DNA of 64,000 nucleotides from Chrysomallon squamiferum (lineage: Eukaryota; Animalia; Mollusca): assembly GCA_012295275.1 (NCBI GenBank), contig CM022670.1:8742001-8806000 (forward strand), given 5' to 3'. Within the stretch, counting starts at the first letter, position 1, and each line of letters starts with the position of its first letter. The notes under the pieces are model-generated. The model ran no database searches. It saw nothing but the letters and a program-made list of their open reading frames with translations, and had not been told where the DNA came from. Positions 1-14,159 of this stretch are shown piece after piece. A program made the translations under genes and the position numbers.

Positions 1-1875
1 GTTAGATTTTAATGTTTTATAAAGTTTTTCATTAATATACATATTTATCTTCAAAACATAATCATATGTATAGTTAAAGGTGGAATTATAATTTGACATC
101 TAGGATCATACTGGTTATATTTGCATGTTATTACTTCATCTTAATTAGCTTTCCAGTTTGGGGATAGTATTTTCTAAAGTCTTGCTTGCATATTTAGCAT
201 CATATCCTTTTGTTTTTAACTGTTACGGATGACATAAAACACTTATTGTTTTATGAACCTTATTTTGTAATTTGGATACAGCTGTTTTTACAAAAGGCTG
301 TAATGCAGTATAATCAGTTTAAATTCTATTTTATCTTCTGTTGTAACAATTTTATTTTTATTTCATTATAGACTAGATTATAGTTTATTGCAAGTGATTA
401 TTAGTGTTTTCTTTCTGCTGTATATGGAAGTAAGCTCTTATGCGTTACCAGCTCAGACAAAAATTAAAATATGTAAATTTTCGTTAATCTTGAAACATAA
501 ATGTTACATTCAAAAATGTTCACCCATGATACGTTCAAATTTATATGCACTCAATAATCTACTGCAGACATACATTTTTAACATCTGGAATGAAATTTCA
601 TTTTATATCCTTTTTTTTTTTTTTTTTTAATTCTGATTAAAGTTCGCATAGTTCCAAAACATTTACAGAGGGAGTAGCTCTAATGATAATTTCAGTGATG
701 AATTTTTGTTACTATTATGAATAAAATTAATGTATAGGTATGTGTGCTTTCATGTCAGTAATATTACATACTGGAATCTTTAGCTTTTATCACTTACTTA
801 TTAATTTATTTGGATTAAAAATTACTCTGGAAAGTTTATTAAAAGCTGAGAATACATTCTGTTAAATATTATAGATTTTATTTATTTCAGTTTTAAATTA
901 TTATTATTATTTTGTGATCTCATGTAGAACTAAATCCATGTCAAGTTTTATGATTTTCTTTTTGTAATATGTGAAAATGTGTGTCTTTCATAATTAATAT
1001 CTGTATACAATCAGGTATTTTTAATTTTTCACAGCAGTAGCCCATTTCTTTTGCATGAAATTTTATTTTTTTATTTTTAATCATGTTTTTCAACTAATTT
1101 TCACCTCTTTAATATTTCTGGGTCCTTTCATATTAATTTATCATTTAATATCTTTTTTTTTTTTTTTTTTAAAAATAGATTCTTCATACAAGTGACTATA
1201 GTTAGATCTTTAATTAATTTTTTATAGTTTGCATTAACTGGGATTTAAAAAAATATCACACACACACACAAGTATATGTAAAAGAAAATAATGGATTTTT
1301 TGTTTGTTTTTTTGTTGTTTTTTTTGTTGTTTTTTACAAACTATATATTATTTTTTATTATTATTATTATTATATTTAATTTGTGCACTTAATGAATCTG
1401 TTAATTTTCAGTACTGTATAGATAACTCAGTGATTAATTAAATTTATATTATTTTTGTTTTTCATAGAATTTTATCAATTAACATAATTTTTACAGTTTC
1501 ATGTTCAATTTATTTATCAGATTAATACATTATGGGATTCTGACATAACAATTGTGGATATCTGATTCATAAGCAAACAGAAATAGTTTTTGTTTTTCAT
1601 AAAATTTAATAGAATAATATTGTTTTGTGCCAAACAAACATATATATATATATTTTTTTTTTAAACTTTTATAACAGCTTTAACATATATTTACAGTTGG
1701 GCAAAATATAATAAATTATTTTTGTTTGCTAATGAATTAGATACATGAATATCATGCAAAAAGAAGGTCATTTTTATTTGTTCTGAAAAATGCTTTGCAA
1801 GTTACTTTAAAAAAAAAAAGAAGGATTATGTTCATTACTATATAAATAATAGAATTTTACTTAATTGATCTACAG

Positions 1876-3548
1876 ATCACGAAGATCAAGGTCAAGAGAC
1901 CGCAGAAGGTCACGGTCAAGATCAAAATATAGGAGCAAGTCCAAGCGCTCCAGATCACGATCAAGGTTAGATTTAAACATATATTATTAAAAACTGTAGT
2001 CACAAAATTTAAAAACATTTATAGTAAAGCTATTTTGAATGAGAGCTGATTTATTTATTTGTTTATTTTATTTTAATTTTTTTTGCAGAAAAAGATCAAG
2101 GACTCCACCCAGAGCCTTTATTCATCGAAGATCTAGATCAAGGTTATTACTGTTATTTTTTTAATAACAAAAATATAAAAAAAAACATTTATTTTTTTCT
2201 CTGTTTTGAAATGCTTATAAAATAGCATTTATGAAATATTTTCTTACAAGATAATAGTTATAAAACAATCAGTTTTTGCTTCATTTTAAAGCTGTGAAAG
2301 CAGCAAGAGAAGTGATTTAAAAAATATTTTACTGAAGATAAATGTCACAAAAACTATACAGACTTTGTATGTAAAGTTCTTTGTTTTACAGGAGTCGTAA
2401 GAAGAGTCGATCGAAATCACGAGAGAAACGGAAGAGAACTACAAAGTCTCCTTCCCCACCAAAACTGGAACGAGAGTGTTCTATACCGCTACAGACTGAC
2501 TCTGCTGAAAGGTAAGTTTGTCACTTTCTACAGTGAACTTGTGTTGTGTGTGTGCTTGATGCATTAACATCATTGCTTTGTGTTACATCATAACAGTTAT
2601 AACATCATTGCTTATTGTTTCATCATTGGCTGTTATATCATCTACGTGTTAACCAATGCTTAAGCTATTTTTTCTTATTAATTTTTTTTTTTTTACACAA
2701 CTATTTAACATTGGAATGGTAATTTTTAATAATTTAGGAAAGTACTACATGGTTATAACTGAACATTTTTTAAAAGCATTTCATTAAATGAGGTGGGGTT
2801 TTTTTGTTTGTTTTTTTTGTTTATTAAATATTTTTATATTAATTTCGGTTATAAAAAACAGCTTAAGCATTGAATACATTCCTTCCTGTTATTATTCTGC
2901 AGTACATTTCTGAACCTCAGAATACACTGCAAAATGTGTGTGTGTTAAAATAATTAATTTATTACATTATTAATTTTTTGATCAATTAATTACTGCAAAT
3001 TAAATATTTATTAACATTTTAAATAATATTAATGTAATGTCCCATAGAGAGCATGTTATTTCATCTGTTAATGAAAAATTTGGATCTTGGCTATCCAGCC
3101 CTTACAGTTTATGGCAGTTGATAGTCCTAGATAATTTAATAGTTATAATAGTCCAGGTTTTGATGAATTTTATTTCAAATTTTTTACAAACTGATGTTAA
3201 GAATTTATCAGTGGTAAAATTTTGTTGAAAACAAAATAATATAGTAGTTGTTCTACTGTTTTAGTTAAAATTAGTGCATTAATTTCTGAAGCATTTTTAA
3301 AACAATGTATCATATCTTTGTGTCTGAATTTCATATCTGATGATATTTAAGTATATTTACTTAAAAAGATAAGATAAATAAAAATAATTATAAATAAAAT
3401 TTGTTAAAAAATGATTAGAAATAAATAGAAAAAGAATAAATGTGTGCAATTTTTTATTTTATTTTTGGAATACTGTTTTTACTAGTTTAAAAGTTATTTT
3501 CACTGTTATTTTCTGGAATTATTTTAAATTTTTATTTCTAACAATTGT

Positions 3549-3579
<31 letters not shown>

Positions 3580-3872
3580 TTATATGAATAAATGAATTAT
3601 GGAATGAAAAAGAAACAATTCTGAATTTTTTGATGATCTTGAAAATATTAAAACTACAACATGCTCTTTTTCATTTTATACCATATTATATGAATTAGCT
3701 TACTGAAAGAACTCTGTTAATGTTACACTGTTATTTAAATGGTTTTTGTTTGGTTTTTGATTTGTTCTTAGTCTGACTCAGCCTGCAGCTAATGGAGACG
3801 ACAAGGCTGACAGGTAATTTTATTTACACATAAAACCACCAGTGTTGTCTTTACTCTGAGAGAAAATAAGAA

Positions 3873-3912
<40 letters not shown>

Positions 3913-4497
3913 GTTATTGTTATTGTTATAATTATTATTGCTATATAATTAGTCAAGTTTTTATTTTTTTAATATTTGTTTTAGAGTAATTTAATTTTTA
4001 TCTTCATTTCATTCTATTTCTATAACTGATGTTGTACTCATTCATGATTGAAAAAAAAAAAAAAAAAAATTCTCTCTAAATATTGTCATCCATTTATAAA
4101 ATCTGTATATAAATAATAAATGTGAAATACTTTTGCATGATAGCAATATATCAGAAACCTTAAACATGTTTTATTTAGAAGGGTAGTTTTATGACAAATT
4201 TAAGAAAAAACAGAATGTGATAACTGTAAATAAAGTCCAGATATGCATTTTAAATATATTATTTGGACCACTTCATTGTGGAAAGTTTTTTTTCTGTAAT
4301 TATATAATTGCTCTATCCTTCTGCTGCTCAAGACTTTAAAATGAACATTTTTTATGGTCTCATAAACTAAATATATATTTTATACATCCTTATGATTGTT
4401 TTGTTTAATTTGACAGTTCTTTGAAGAAAAAAATTATGTGATATATTAAACCTTGAGTGGATTGCATATACATTTGCATTTTTTTTTTTTTTTTTTT

Positions 4498-4528
<31 letters not shown>

Positions 4529-7416
4529 GTGGATTATTTATTTATTTAAAAAATTTAGCTTCATCTACAATAACAACAACAAAACCATAGTAATAATAAA
4601 AAAATAATAAATAATAATATGTCCATGTTTATTATTATCAAAGGTTTATATTGATAAGACAAAAATATCAAAACTATTTTATTATTGTGATATGAAAGAT
4701 CTGTTACTTTATTTAGTCTGTTTGGTCATTTTTCTGGAGGTTTTCTTTGGGAAAGTTAAATATTGATGCCATGCATATAGGAATTTTATAAGAAATCATT
4801 CTTACAGACTGGCTATCCTTTTGCTGTAGAAAATGGATGTGTTTTATAGCCATTCCACTTTTTTAAGTTTTTATGTTTTATTTTTTATTATGTTATTTAT
4901 TTACTCTACCTTTCTAATCACATTACTGACTAACATACTTGCAAATGAACATAATAAATCATAATATTTACATTTAAATCATTATTAAGTTGATAATAAG
5001 CAGGTATTGGATAATTATTGTGATGGCTTTAGTTATTCTAATAGGTTGAGATTTTGTCATTTAGAAATTGCAATAAAAATATTGATTGGATATAAAGTTC
5101 TCTTTTAAATGCAAGACCCCGAAAATTTCAAATTTATTGTTTTTTGTTTTGTTAGTGACTCAAAACCCGAGACATCGCCCCCTAAGCAGAGGTAAACATT
5201 ATTTGCATTTAAAATATATTTAAAAAATAAAATGTTGATAGCAAATACATTTCAAAATAATATACACACTACTAACTAGCACTAAAGTACTTTCAGCATC
5301 AACAACAACTACAATGACAACAAAAACAAAAAAAAAGAAGAAAATAATAATAGTAATAAATATGTATATATGTATGTATGTATGTATATATATATATAAA
5401 ATGATACATACATACATTATTGTATAGATTTTATGTGTAATCATAATACAAGTAATAATTATATTTAATAATTTATTCATGAACACATGTAGTTGAAATC
5501 CTGCCCTTATACTGCTCATCTTGGATAGGATACCGTCCCCATTTTAATTTTTTTTTTTTTTTTTTTCATTCTTTAATTTTTTTATTTTATTATTATTTTT
5601 TTTTTTTTTGTTGTTCAGTGACCCAATGCCAGAGCCATCACCAGTAAAATCAAGGTATTTATTTTAAAAAATTTAGACATAATAAAACTAAATCCATCAT
5701 CTTAATGACACTTGGTTACTCTTTCAGGAGCATTTTTATATATTTATATATACATATTTTGTTTTTAAGGTGGCTTTTATATTCTATCTTTTTATTTTTC
5801 ATTTGTTTCTTCTTTTTTTTTTTTTACTTTATGTGGTATTCTAATTATCTATTTGTTTTAGTGCATGAAATGATGCTGAGAAGATTTAACATGTAATTTT
5901 TTTTCCTATACATTTTGACAGCAAACTATAGTTTAAATTTTTTTTATATATAGTTACAACATATATTAGTATTTCATATCATTTATCTTCTATTCATTAT
6001 TTTTATTTTGTTCAGTGATCGAAAATCTGAGTCTTCACCCATAAAATCAAGGTAACATTATTTGTTTTCGTAATGTTCTGTATTTTGCTTTATTTTATCT
6101 TAATTTATTTGGAAATAATTTTTAGAGTGCATTTGTTTTGTTTTCTTTTTCGTGTGCATGTAAGAATATGTCATTTATGATTTTATATAGACATATTTCA
6201 AAATGTTATTCACAGATATAAGTTGACAGTATAATTTTAATGTATGAAAGTTCACAAAATGGAACATTTATATTTATATATATACATATTTAAAAGCAAA
6301 TGTACATATTGGAGGGTTGATTTATTTTCTTTCAGTCTCTTTTTTCTTTTTCTTTTTTTGAGGTAACATACTTGTTTGAGTTATAGCTTTACTCCTAAAA
6401 TAAATGTGTTTATATTTATTGTCAATGCTTTTCCTGTTTTCATTTACAAAATTGTTACAGTATAAATGTAACAGTACACTAGCATTTAATTTTTCTCATT
6501 TTTCCCCTGTAAGTTAAAGAATTCTTCAGTCAAACCAGTTATGGTTTAAAAACACATGTACCATATATTTGAAAAATTTTTATTTCAGAAACTCTACATG
6601 CAAAAGAAATATCTTTACAAGCAGTCTTTAGAACTTGTTTTATTTGTTGTGTTGTTATTTTTACTGAACATTATTTTAAATGTTTTTACCATTACATTAA
6701 TGGTGTTTGTTTATTTTTTTATTTGGTTTTTGTTTTTATTTTTACTGAATCAACCATGAATACTGTTAAGTTTTACCAGTACCTCATACTCCTCATTATA
6801 AAATTAGAATTTCTATATTAAAAACTTCTGTTTATGAAATATTACAAATAGCCACCTTGTTGAAATGCAGTTGTTTAACAAACAAGAACAACTACAAATA
6901 AAACAATAAAATAAAATAAAATAAATAAAAGAGAAAACATCAGGCACTTTGAACTTTCAATAATTAATTGTGATTATTTTACATTAATATTTCCAGCATG
7001 TTGAAATATGCAGCATTTTAATTATTGTTTTCCAAAAATGTTTCATGAATAAAATCAATAAAAATCTTTAACAATTTTTCATTTTGTTTAGTGTGCAAGA
7101 AAATGATACATCTACAACAAAAAGGTAAATTAATTTGAAACAGGAACAAAATTCTTTGCTTTTTTTCCCCCCCTCTTTAGAAACTTTTTTTTATTTATCC
7201 CAGAACTACTATTTTGTCTGTTTCTGTCTTTTATTATTATTTTTTTTCCCCACAAGATGCTAAAAATTAATTTTCTTTAAGTGCTTTAGTTTATTTTATG
7301 AGATATTCCATGATGAAGTTTAAAGGAGGAGTCTAACAATACTATCAGATAATAGGTTTTCTTCCAGCAACAATTTTGTATAATATTCTTATTTTAATTG
7401 ATTAATTTATTTTATT

Positions 7417-7457
<41 letters not shown>

Positions 7458-9195
7458 TTTATTTTTTTTTTGGCTTTTTACTTGCTATTAAAAATTTAAT
7501 CAGAGAAAGGTTTGGAAATAGAAATGTTTATATGCAGTTTTCATGTCATTCATTTGTGCTTCAAATAATGTAAATGGGAAGATTCTAGAATTAATATATT
7601 TCTTGTTGATTTTTTTTATTGTTTTTTTATGAGTGGGAGATTTTATGTTAATATAATATTATTTTGAGTTACTTCCTCTAAGTGTTTAAAATATTTGTTA
7701 TTGAAAATATACTCTTGATTGTTTTTATTGTATTATGACAGAATGTTTCGAATTTCTAAGAATAGCTCATGTTTGAAAAATAAGTTTCATTACAATTTTT
7801 TGTTTTGAGTGAAAATTTTCAGGTTATTGTTTTCCAGGGCATGAAACAATAAAAAAAAGCAATTTTTTTTTTTTTTAAATGACATTAATGTCATTTTTCA
7901 GATTTGCTAATTCTAAATGATTGTAAATTACATTTTAACAGATCATCCAAAAGCAGAAGCCTGAGTCCCAGCCCCAAAAAGCTGAGTCCAGTCAGACGTT
8001 CGCGGACACCACGGCGCTCACCTCGCCATGTTAGTCCTTACAAAAGTCCACGACGCAGTCCTAAACGCAGTCCTAAACGCAGTCCTAAACGCAGTCCAAG
8101 AAGAAGCCGTGCCCGGAGTCCAAGGAGAAGCCCAAAACGAAGTCCTCGTCGAGTTTCTGTTAGTCCGAGGCGCAGGTCAATCAGCCCAAGAAGAAGGTCC
8201 GTAAGTCCAAGACGTAGGTCATCGGTCAGTCCAAGAAGAAAATCAAGATCTCCGACGTAAGTTATCGATTTAAATGTGATGTTTTAACTGCAGTTTGATC
8301 TTATTTCTTCTCAGGGTTTATTTAATATATAAGAATAATGCATCTTCAGAGGTAGTAAAATGAATAAACACCAATATCTATAGTTATGGGCAAGTTGTAA
8401 GACATTAGAGGTTATTGTTTTTTGAATCAGTTACGTATCCCAGTAAAACTGATCAAGTTTGAAAATAAGCATACGTCACTTATGAAATAACATAAGAATT
8501 GTTTGCTTTCAGTCGTAGAAAGAGAAGCAGGAGAAGTCGGTCAACATCCAGACATCGCACTCATTCTAGAAGTGGATCAAGACACAGGTATCTTGTCTTT
8601 TCAGATATATCTCAAAACCTGGTTCATCAATATTTGTAACCATAGATATTTATGGATTTAATAATTTCTCTTGTATTTAATGGTGTAAACATTTAGTGAA
8701 TTATTTTATTTATGTCTTCAGTATTCACTCACATCATTTTCTCACTTAGATGTTGTGTTTGGCATTGTTCTATAAATAATGAAAAGTCTGGTTATGACCA
8801 GAAATGTTCAAAAATGATAGGCACCAATTGGTTATTAATATATAATTTGCCACTTTGTAGTTGAAAAAAAGAAAGAAAAGAAAACGAGACTAAATTTTTC
8901 AAACCAGAAATATTCTTTCTTACTCTGCTAAAAAATTGAAAACTTCAAATTTATAGGAAGAAAGAAAAGAAGAGAGATCGGGACCGAAGCAGAGATCGCA
9001 AACGTGACAAAGATAGAGAAAGTAAAAAGAAAAACCGAGACAAGGAGCGAGAGAAGGATAAAGTCTGATACAAAAGTGATGAGAGATTACGACGAAGAAG
9101 AGAAAGGTTTTGCAAGTGGAGGTGAAGACAGAAAGAGTGACATCACTGATCTGGATAGCAACAGACAAATGGTTGACATGGAGATGAGCGATTAA
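1876..9195 (+). CDS. SRSF11: Serine/arginine-rich splicing factor 11 (p54/Srp54)-like, 3' portion; the RRM exons lie upstream of the window
   Basis: Exons, all with GT-AG flanks and phase-2 junctions: 1876-1965, 2089-2142, 2392-2511, 3772-3813, 5156-5191, 5619-5654, 6016-6051, 7092-7124, 7942-8256, 8513-8587, 8957-9195. RS-rich translation includes RKRSRTPPR, then KKEKKRDRDRSRD, then KVMRDYDEEEKGF and a C-terminal DMEMSD*. These match recalled SRSF11 hallmarks (VTRDYDEEEQGY; DMDMSD C-terminus). One +1 frameshift near 9060 in the last exon. Confidence 0.88.
3772..7124 (+). other. Array of five symmetric (phase 2-2) micro-exons within the SRSF11-like gene
   Basis: 3772-3813 (42 nt, LTQPAANGDDKAD), 5156-5191 (36 nt, DSKPETSPPKQ), 5619-5654 (36 nt, DPMPEPSPVKS), 6016-6051 (36 nt, DRKSESSPIKS), 7092-7124 (33 nt, VQENDTSTTK). 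Each has a T-rich tract plus AG, starts with T, ends AG|gta, and is open in the frame of the flanking exons. Confidence 0.8.
8054..8097 (+). repeat. Coding 12-bp tandem repeat (cgcagtcctaaa) encoding RSPK/RSPR units
   Basis: cgcagtcctaaa x3 plus cgcagtcc inside exon 7942-8256; the whole exon is SPRR/SPKR-rich. Confidence 0.9.
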
Positions 9196-10159
9196 ATCCT
9201 TGAATTAAAATGCATTTTAGAGATGGGCATTCAAATTCATGAATTTAAGACAACTCTATATATATATATGTGTGTGCTATAGAAGGAGTTAAAGATGACA
9301 GTGGGAAAAAATACTGATTTTTAGTAAACAAATACTTAAATAAAATCACATTTTTTAAAAAAATAATTGAAAATGTATGAGTAGATTTTTGCACTGGATA
9401 TTATGTAAGACTTGATTGAACATGACAAGTAAAGTTTGAATTATTATGAACAAGGAAATGCTGTACTAAAATCCATTTCTTATCTTTTTTCTTCTTTTTA
9501 TAAATGAGCATCTAAACACACACCTAAAATTGTTGGGAATAGGGCAGAAGAATTAGTTTTCATGAAATATTCACCATTATTGTGAACATTCAACAATGTG
9601 TTTAGTTTATGAACTGGTTTACTTTTTACAGAACAGTTACATTTTATTATGTAATGTAAATTTAAATTGTTCATCATAAGTGACACCCACATTCTTTTTC
9701 TAACAGATGAATTAGTTTGATGTAACTGTTCAAATGATTTATCATGAGATGGCAGTTTTGTATCCAGCTGAAACTAACTGGACAGACTTTTTAATGTAGA
9801 TTATAAGCTATTTTGCTTCTTTGGGGAAAAAAAAATAAAGTAGTTTGTTTTTATTAAGCCTTTAATAAAATAATTGAGATAAATGTGTTCTTTTCATGAG
9901 CAGTTGTGTATTTGCATGATAATGTATGAAATCTAAAACATTTCTTTTCTGCTGATCAGAGTTCATATTATCCACTAATTTAAGATACAAATATAAATCA
10001 GTTGCTTTTCCCAGTTAATAATAATATGCCCCTTTTAAAATTACTGATTAAATAAAAGTATTTTAATGTAGAAAATTAATTTCCAGTCACTAAAGTTTCT
10101 AAAGATAATTACATGTCCATCTTTTAACATCTAAAACTGACATCCAAAAAGCTGATCCA

Positions 10160-10300
10160 TGCTGGAAAACATTACAATATCACAGTGAGAGATTAATTTG
10201 AAATAAAGTCCTTTAGCAGCATGGTATGTTCTATTTGCATGTTCCCACAACTTTGACTTTTGATAAACCATTAACACAGTACTGGGAACTGAACCATTTG
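10160..10300 (+). mobile_element. Degraded SINE-like copy between the convergent SRSF11 and ACP5 3' ends
   Basis: ttagcagcatggtatgttctatttgcatgttcccaca...tttgataaacca...agtactggg matches the core block of the other copies. Confidence 0.4.
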
Positions 10301-10713
10301 GAATAACCTCTCATTGTATCACACAAGCCTGTAAGCAAATGCAAATAAAGAATTCAAAACAATAAAACAGAAACAACTGCAAATGCTTAATAAAATATAT
10401 ATTTAATTCATAGATTCACATTTAACAGTTCTGTATACAAATACATTCATGGAAACAAATTAATACAAAATACTCACAAAATAAATTTAGATGACTAGTA
10501 TTTTTACCAATGAAAACAATCAAATATATTCAGATTATCTAAAATTTCAACATTTTATTCAAAATATATTAAATAATTTTGATTTTTTTTTAACATTCTA
10601 TATTTTGTTGCAGAGTCATTAAAAAAAAAACCTGTTGTATAAAACAAGTTATGCTTTTATTATTTGTATTCTTTTTTGACTTTGACTTTGGCTCACTTCC
10701 ATTGTCAGCAATT

Positions 10714-13700
10714 CTAAGATTTCCATTTCCTTGGAAAACTGACAGTCTGATATAAACGTTTTCCACTGGCATCCAAAAATGTGTATGTCATGTTCATTGG
10801 TGTTACTTCAACATATACAAAACCTCCAAGAGTTTTTGTATCAGCCCAGTGGAACTTTGATATGCCAGCTGGTACTGATTTCTCATGTGCCAAGCTGACA
10901 TCAATAAAATTTGCAGATCCAGAAACAACAAAATCGAGAGTGATTCCATGCTTCGTTGTCTGTAAATGCTGGAAACAGAAAATAACTTTGATGTACTGAC
11001 ACTTTTGTTTAAAGAATAATGTTAAATTTCTTCAAACTGATGATGTAAACAGTGTTATTTAATTGTCCTATCATACTGAAAGTAACAGTTTTAATTAATG
11101 AATACTAATTACTGTAGTGTAACTCAAACAGTATTACATTAATATGAACATCAAGAAACTTGTACTATCAAGTAACTTTGAGATTTTAAGCACTTTTCGT
11201 TTAAAACCTGATAAACTAAGATATTTTATCAAAATATCTTTGGCAAGTTATGTAAATCTGCTATCATGTCTTAGATCATCTGTCCAAAACATTCATGATT
11301 TTTATATTTAATTCTGTAAATTTCTCTTTATCATTTTAACTCTTATTTTCAGCAATCAAAACCACTATTTTGTTTCCCTGTCCAGTAATTACAATCATAT
11401 GCATTCTGCTATGATACTGTTAAAAAAAATTGAAAAAAAAAAAAAATGTAAAAACACAATAAACCTAAGTCATGGCAAACAGCTGTCATTAACCGTAGGA
11501 GCTAAATTACCTATTTAAGTGAACAGGTTTATGGATGGGTTACAGTGCTTAAGATAATTCAGATTTAAGAAACAAAACAAATATGTCAGTGTCTACATCA
11601 TTTAAAACACATTGGTCAATACCTGCAGATTGTGGTCATGGCCAGAAAGATGACCATTAGCACTGTACTTGTACAACATGGGCAACAGGGTATCTACAAG
11701 ACAATTAGTTGGACCATGTTCAGCAATAGAATACACAGGATAGTGACCAGTGGTCAGGAGGAAGTCTGCCCTGAAATATACAGTAACAGTGTCATAATTT
11801 TTTATAATCACTGGTTTACTGATAGAACAACTCAAAGATCTAAATGGCAAATCCTTTTGATTAGAGAGACTCTTTTAATAGTTAATATAAAATGTTCTGG
11901 ATACATTTCTAACTTGTTTGATAATAACAACATTAACAGCAATACATTTAATATACATCAACTAAAAACAAGATATTACGTCTTACAGATTCTGACCTTA
12001 AATCTATTTTAAATTGCATATGAAGCTTCATGATTATCTTAGAATGAAATTAAGTGAAATCATCAAAAATGCTTTCAGCTTTTTGTATGCTATTTATTTT
12101 CATTTGTGTGCTGGTTGCATAACCCAGAGGCATGCAGATGTGCCCAGGTGAGAACATTTTAGGATTATTCTCTTCTATCGATACTACTACTACCACCCAC
12201 TTGCTTGTTGCCAGCATCTTTTTGACCCACTTCCACTGAGCTTGAGCAAGTTTCTTGTCAGAAGGTCCAGTTGGTTGAAACCCACCAAAATCACTTTCAA
12301 CATTGCCACACAATTTTATGGTGTCCGTCATAATGATGTCTATGGTACTCTGGCTGTTTGGAATTTTGAAACTCAGTGGATAATAGTAGTCAGGAAAATT
12401 CCTGAAATGATGTGAATTAGAAAAACTTAAAAGATTTAAAGATTTTATAATCGTAAGCTTTGAGAGAATAAGTAATTAAAAAGGTTGTTAAATACAATGA
12501 TTTTTTTCTTGCTGCCATTTTCTAAAAATCTTATGATTCAGAAGTTTGACCATCTGTTATTCAAAATAGTTTAAGTTTAACAAACAGATTAGCTTTTGGG
12601 GGTTTAACTGCAAGGAACATTCAATAAAATTTGTACAAATGTATGTACATAGTGACAGCAGTAATATTTTAATTCAGTTTGTGTATAAAGCTCTTCTGAA
12701 TTTATATTAAAAAAAAGAAGAAAAAAAAATGCCTTCTAATTTAAAAACATCAGAGTGAGTACTTAAATTATATACTATATATGGTAATATAAACAAATAT
12801 TATTTACAAAAATTATATTTTCTATTTACCATCTTTCAGAAAGTGCAGAATATGCTATTTGAGCAGACACATTTCCTCGATGGTCGTGGTTTCCTGCTAT
12901 CAAGTACCATGGAATCTGCAGAGACTTAGCTCTGTAGACACTTTCAAAAGTCTCCTGTTGAAATGGACAAAAATAATCTGCATACAGACACTTTTATTTG
13001 TATATGCATCTTTTTGCATGCATTAATGCTTATCTGAATGAAAATACATGTAGAGACTAATTTGTTTTAAGATTTAAGATTTAATTTTTAATTTTTAATT
13101 TTTTAGTTATGACCTGTGAAATGTATTACTTTAAAAAATATGGACAGGAAAAATATTTAGTAGAGCTTTTCAGGATTTCTCAAATTTCTAAAGTGATTTG
13201 CACCATAAACTGTTCACTGATGTATATATTTCTATGTAGAAGAATGCATATATCCATATTAATTAAACAAGATACTGTATGCTGTTAGTTTTATAAATGG
13301 TCTGCATTCTTGCATTCACAATTACTTTCATATGCCTCTATTATTAAAGAAATTAGAAAAAATAATAATTTTCATATAAATGTTTTCTTATTTTCTGTAT
13401 TTCAAAAAACAAAACACAAAAAAAACAATATATATATATAATAATAAAAAATAAAAAGTATGTGTTTAATTAAAAAAATAAATAAATAAAAATTGTGCAC
13501 AATCTGCATTTTAAATACATATAACTTCAGAAGGATATTTTTTCATTATTTTTTTTATTTATTATTATTTTTTTAAACATCTAACCATCCTGAAATAAAA
13601 ATAATTATGTGCAATTTAATTTTAGTAATCTTACGAAAAAGCGTGCATCCTCTATATTTCTCACACCGTCAAAGTAAAAGTTGTCCCAAGTTCCAGTATA

Positions 13701-13961
13701 AACTGTGGACCATACTTTTCTGCTATTTTTGCCATCTCAGCAGCAGTACCAACTTCAATGGGTGTGGCAAATGGGATAAAGGGAAGACCTCCCATGTCAC
13801 CAATGACCAGAAAACGCAAACTGTCCACTGCGTAACAACCTGCAGTTTGAAGAAATAACCTAAGAATATTTAAGTATACATTAATTTATAATAACACGGA
13901 TAAACTTTACAGTTACTAAAGTATCTACTATTAAAAAAAAATAATAAAAAATAAATAAATA

Positions 13962-13995
<34 letters not shown>

Positions 13996-14117
13996 TACGA
14001 AAAAAAATAAATAAAATATAATAAAATAAGGTATTAATAGTAGTAGTAGTATCTAATTTACTGCTCAAATTATCATTATTGCTTGATGACGGATTTTCTT
14101 ATTCTGCATTATTAGCA

Positions 14118-14159
<42 letters not shown>

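Noticed and set aside
3630-3710. TGATGA...CTGA pair suggesting an intronic C/D snoRNA (also lone C-box-like motifs at ~696 and ~7310)
   Set aside because: Imperfect C box, no terminal stem and no convincing rRNA complementarity; expected by chance in AT-rich DNA.
8588-8596. Donor gtatcttg resembling a U12 GTATCCTT site
   Set aside because: It mismatches the invariant CC, and no U12 branch point was seen.
10781-12012. Plus-strand ORFs 10781-10999 and 11632-12012 (also 13607-13858 and 20017-20286)
   Set aside because: Antisense shadows of real minus-strand exons.
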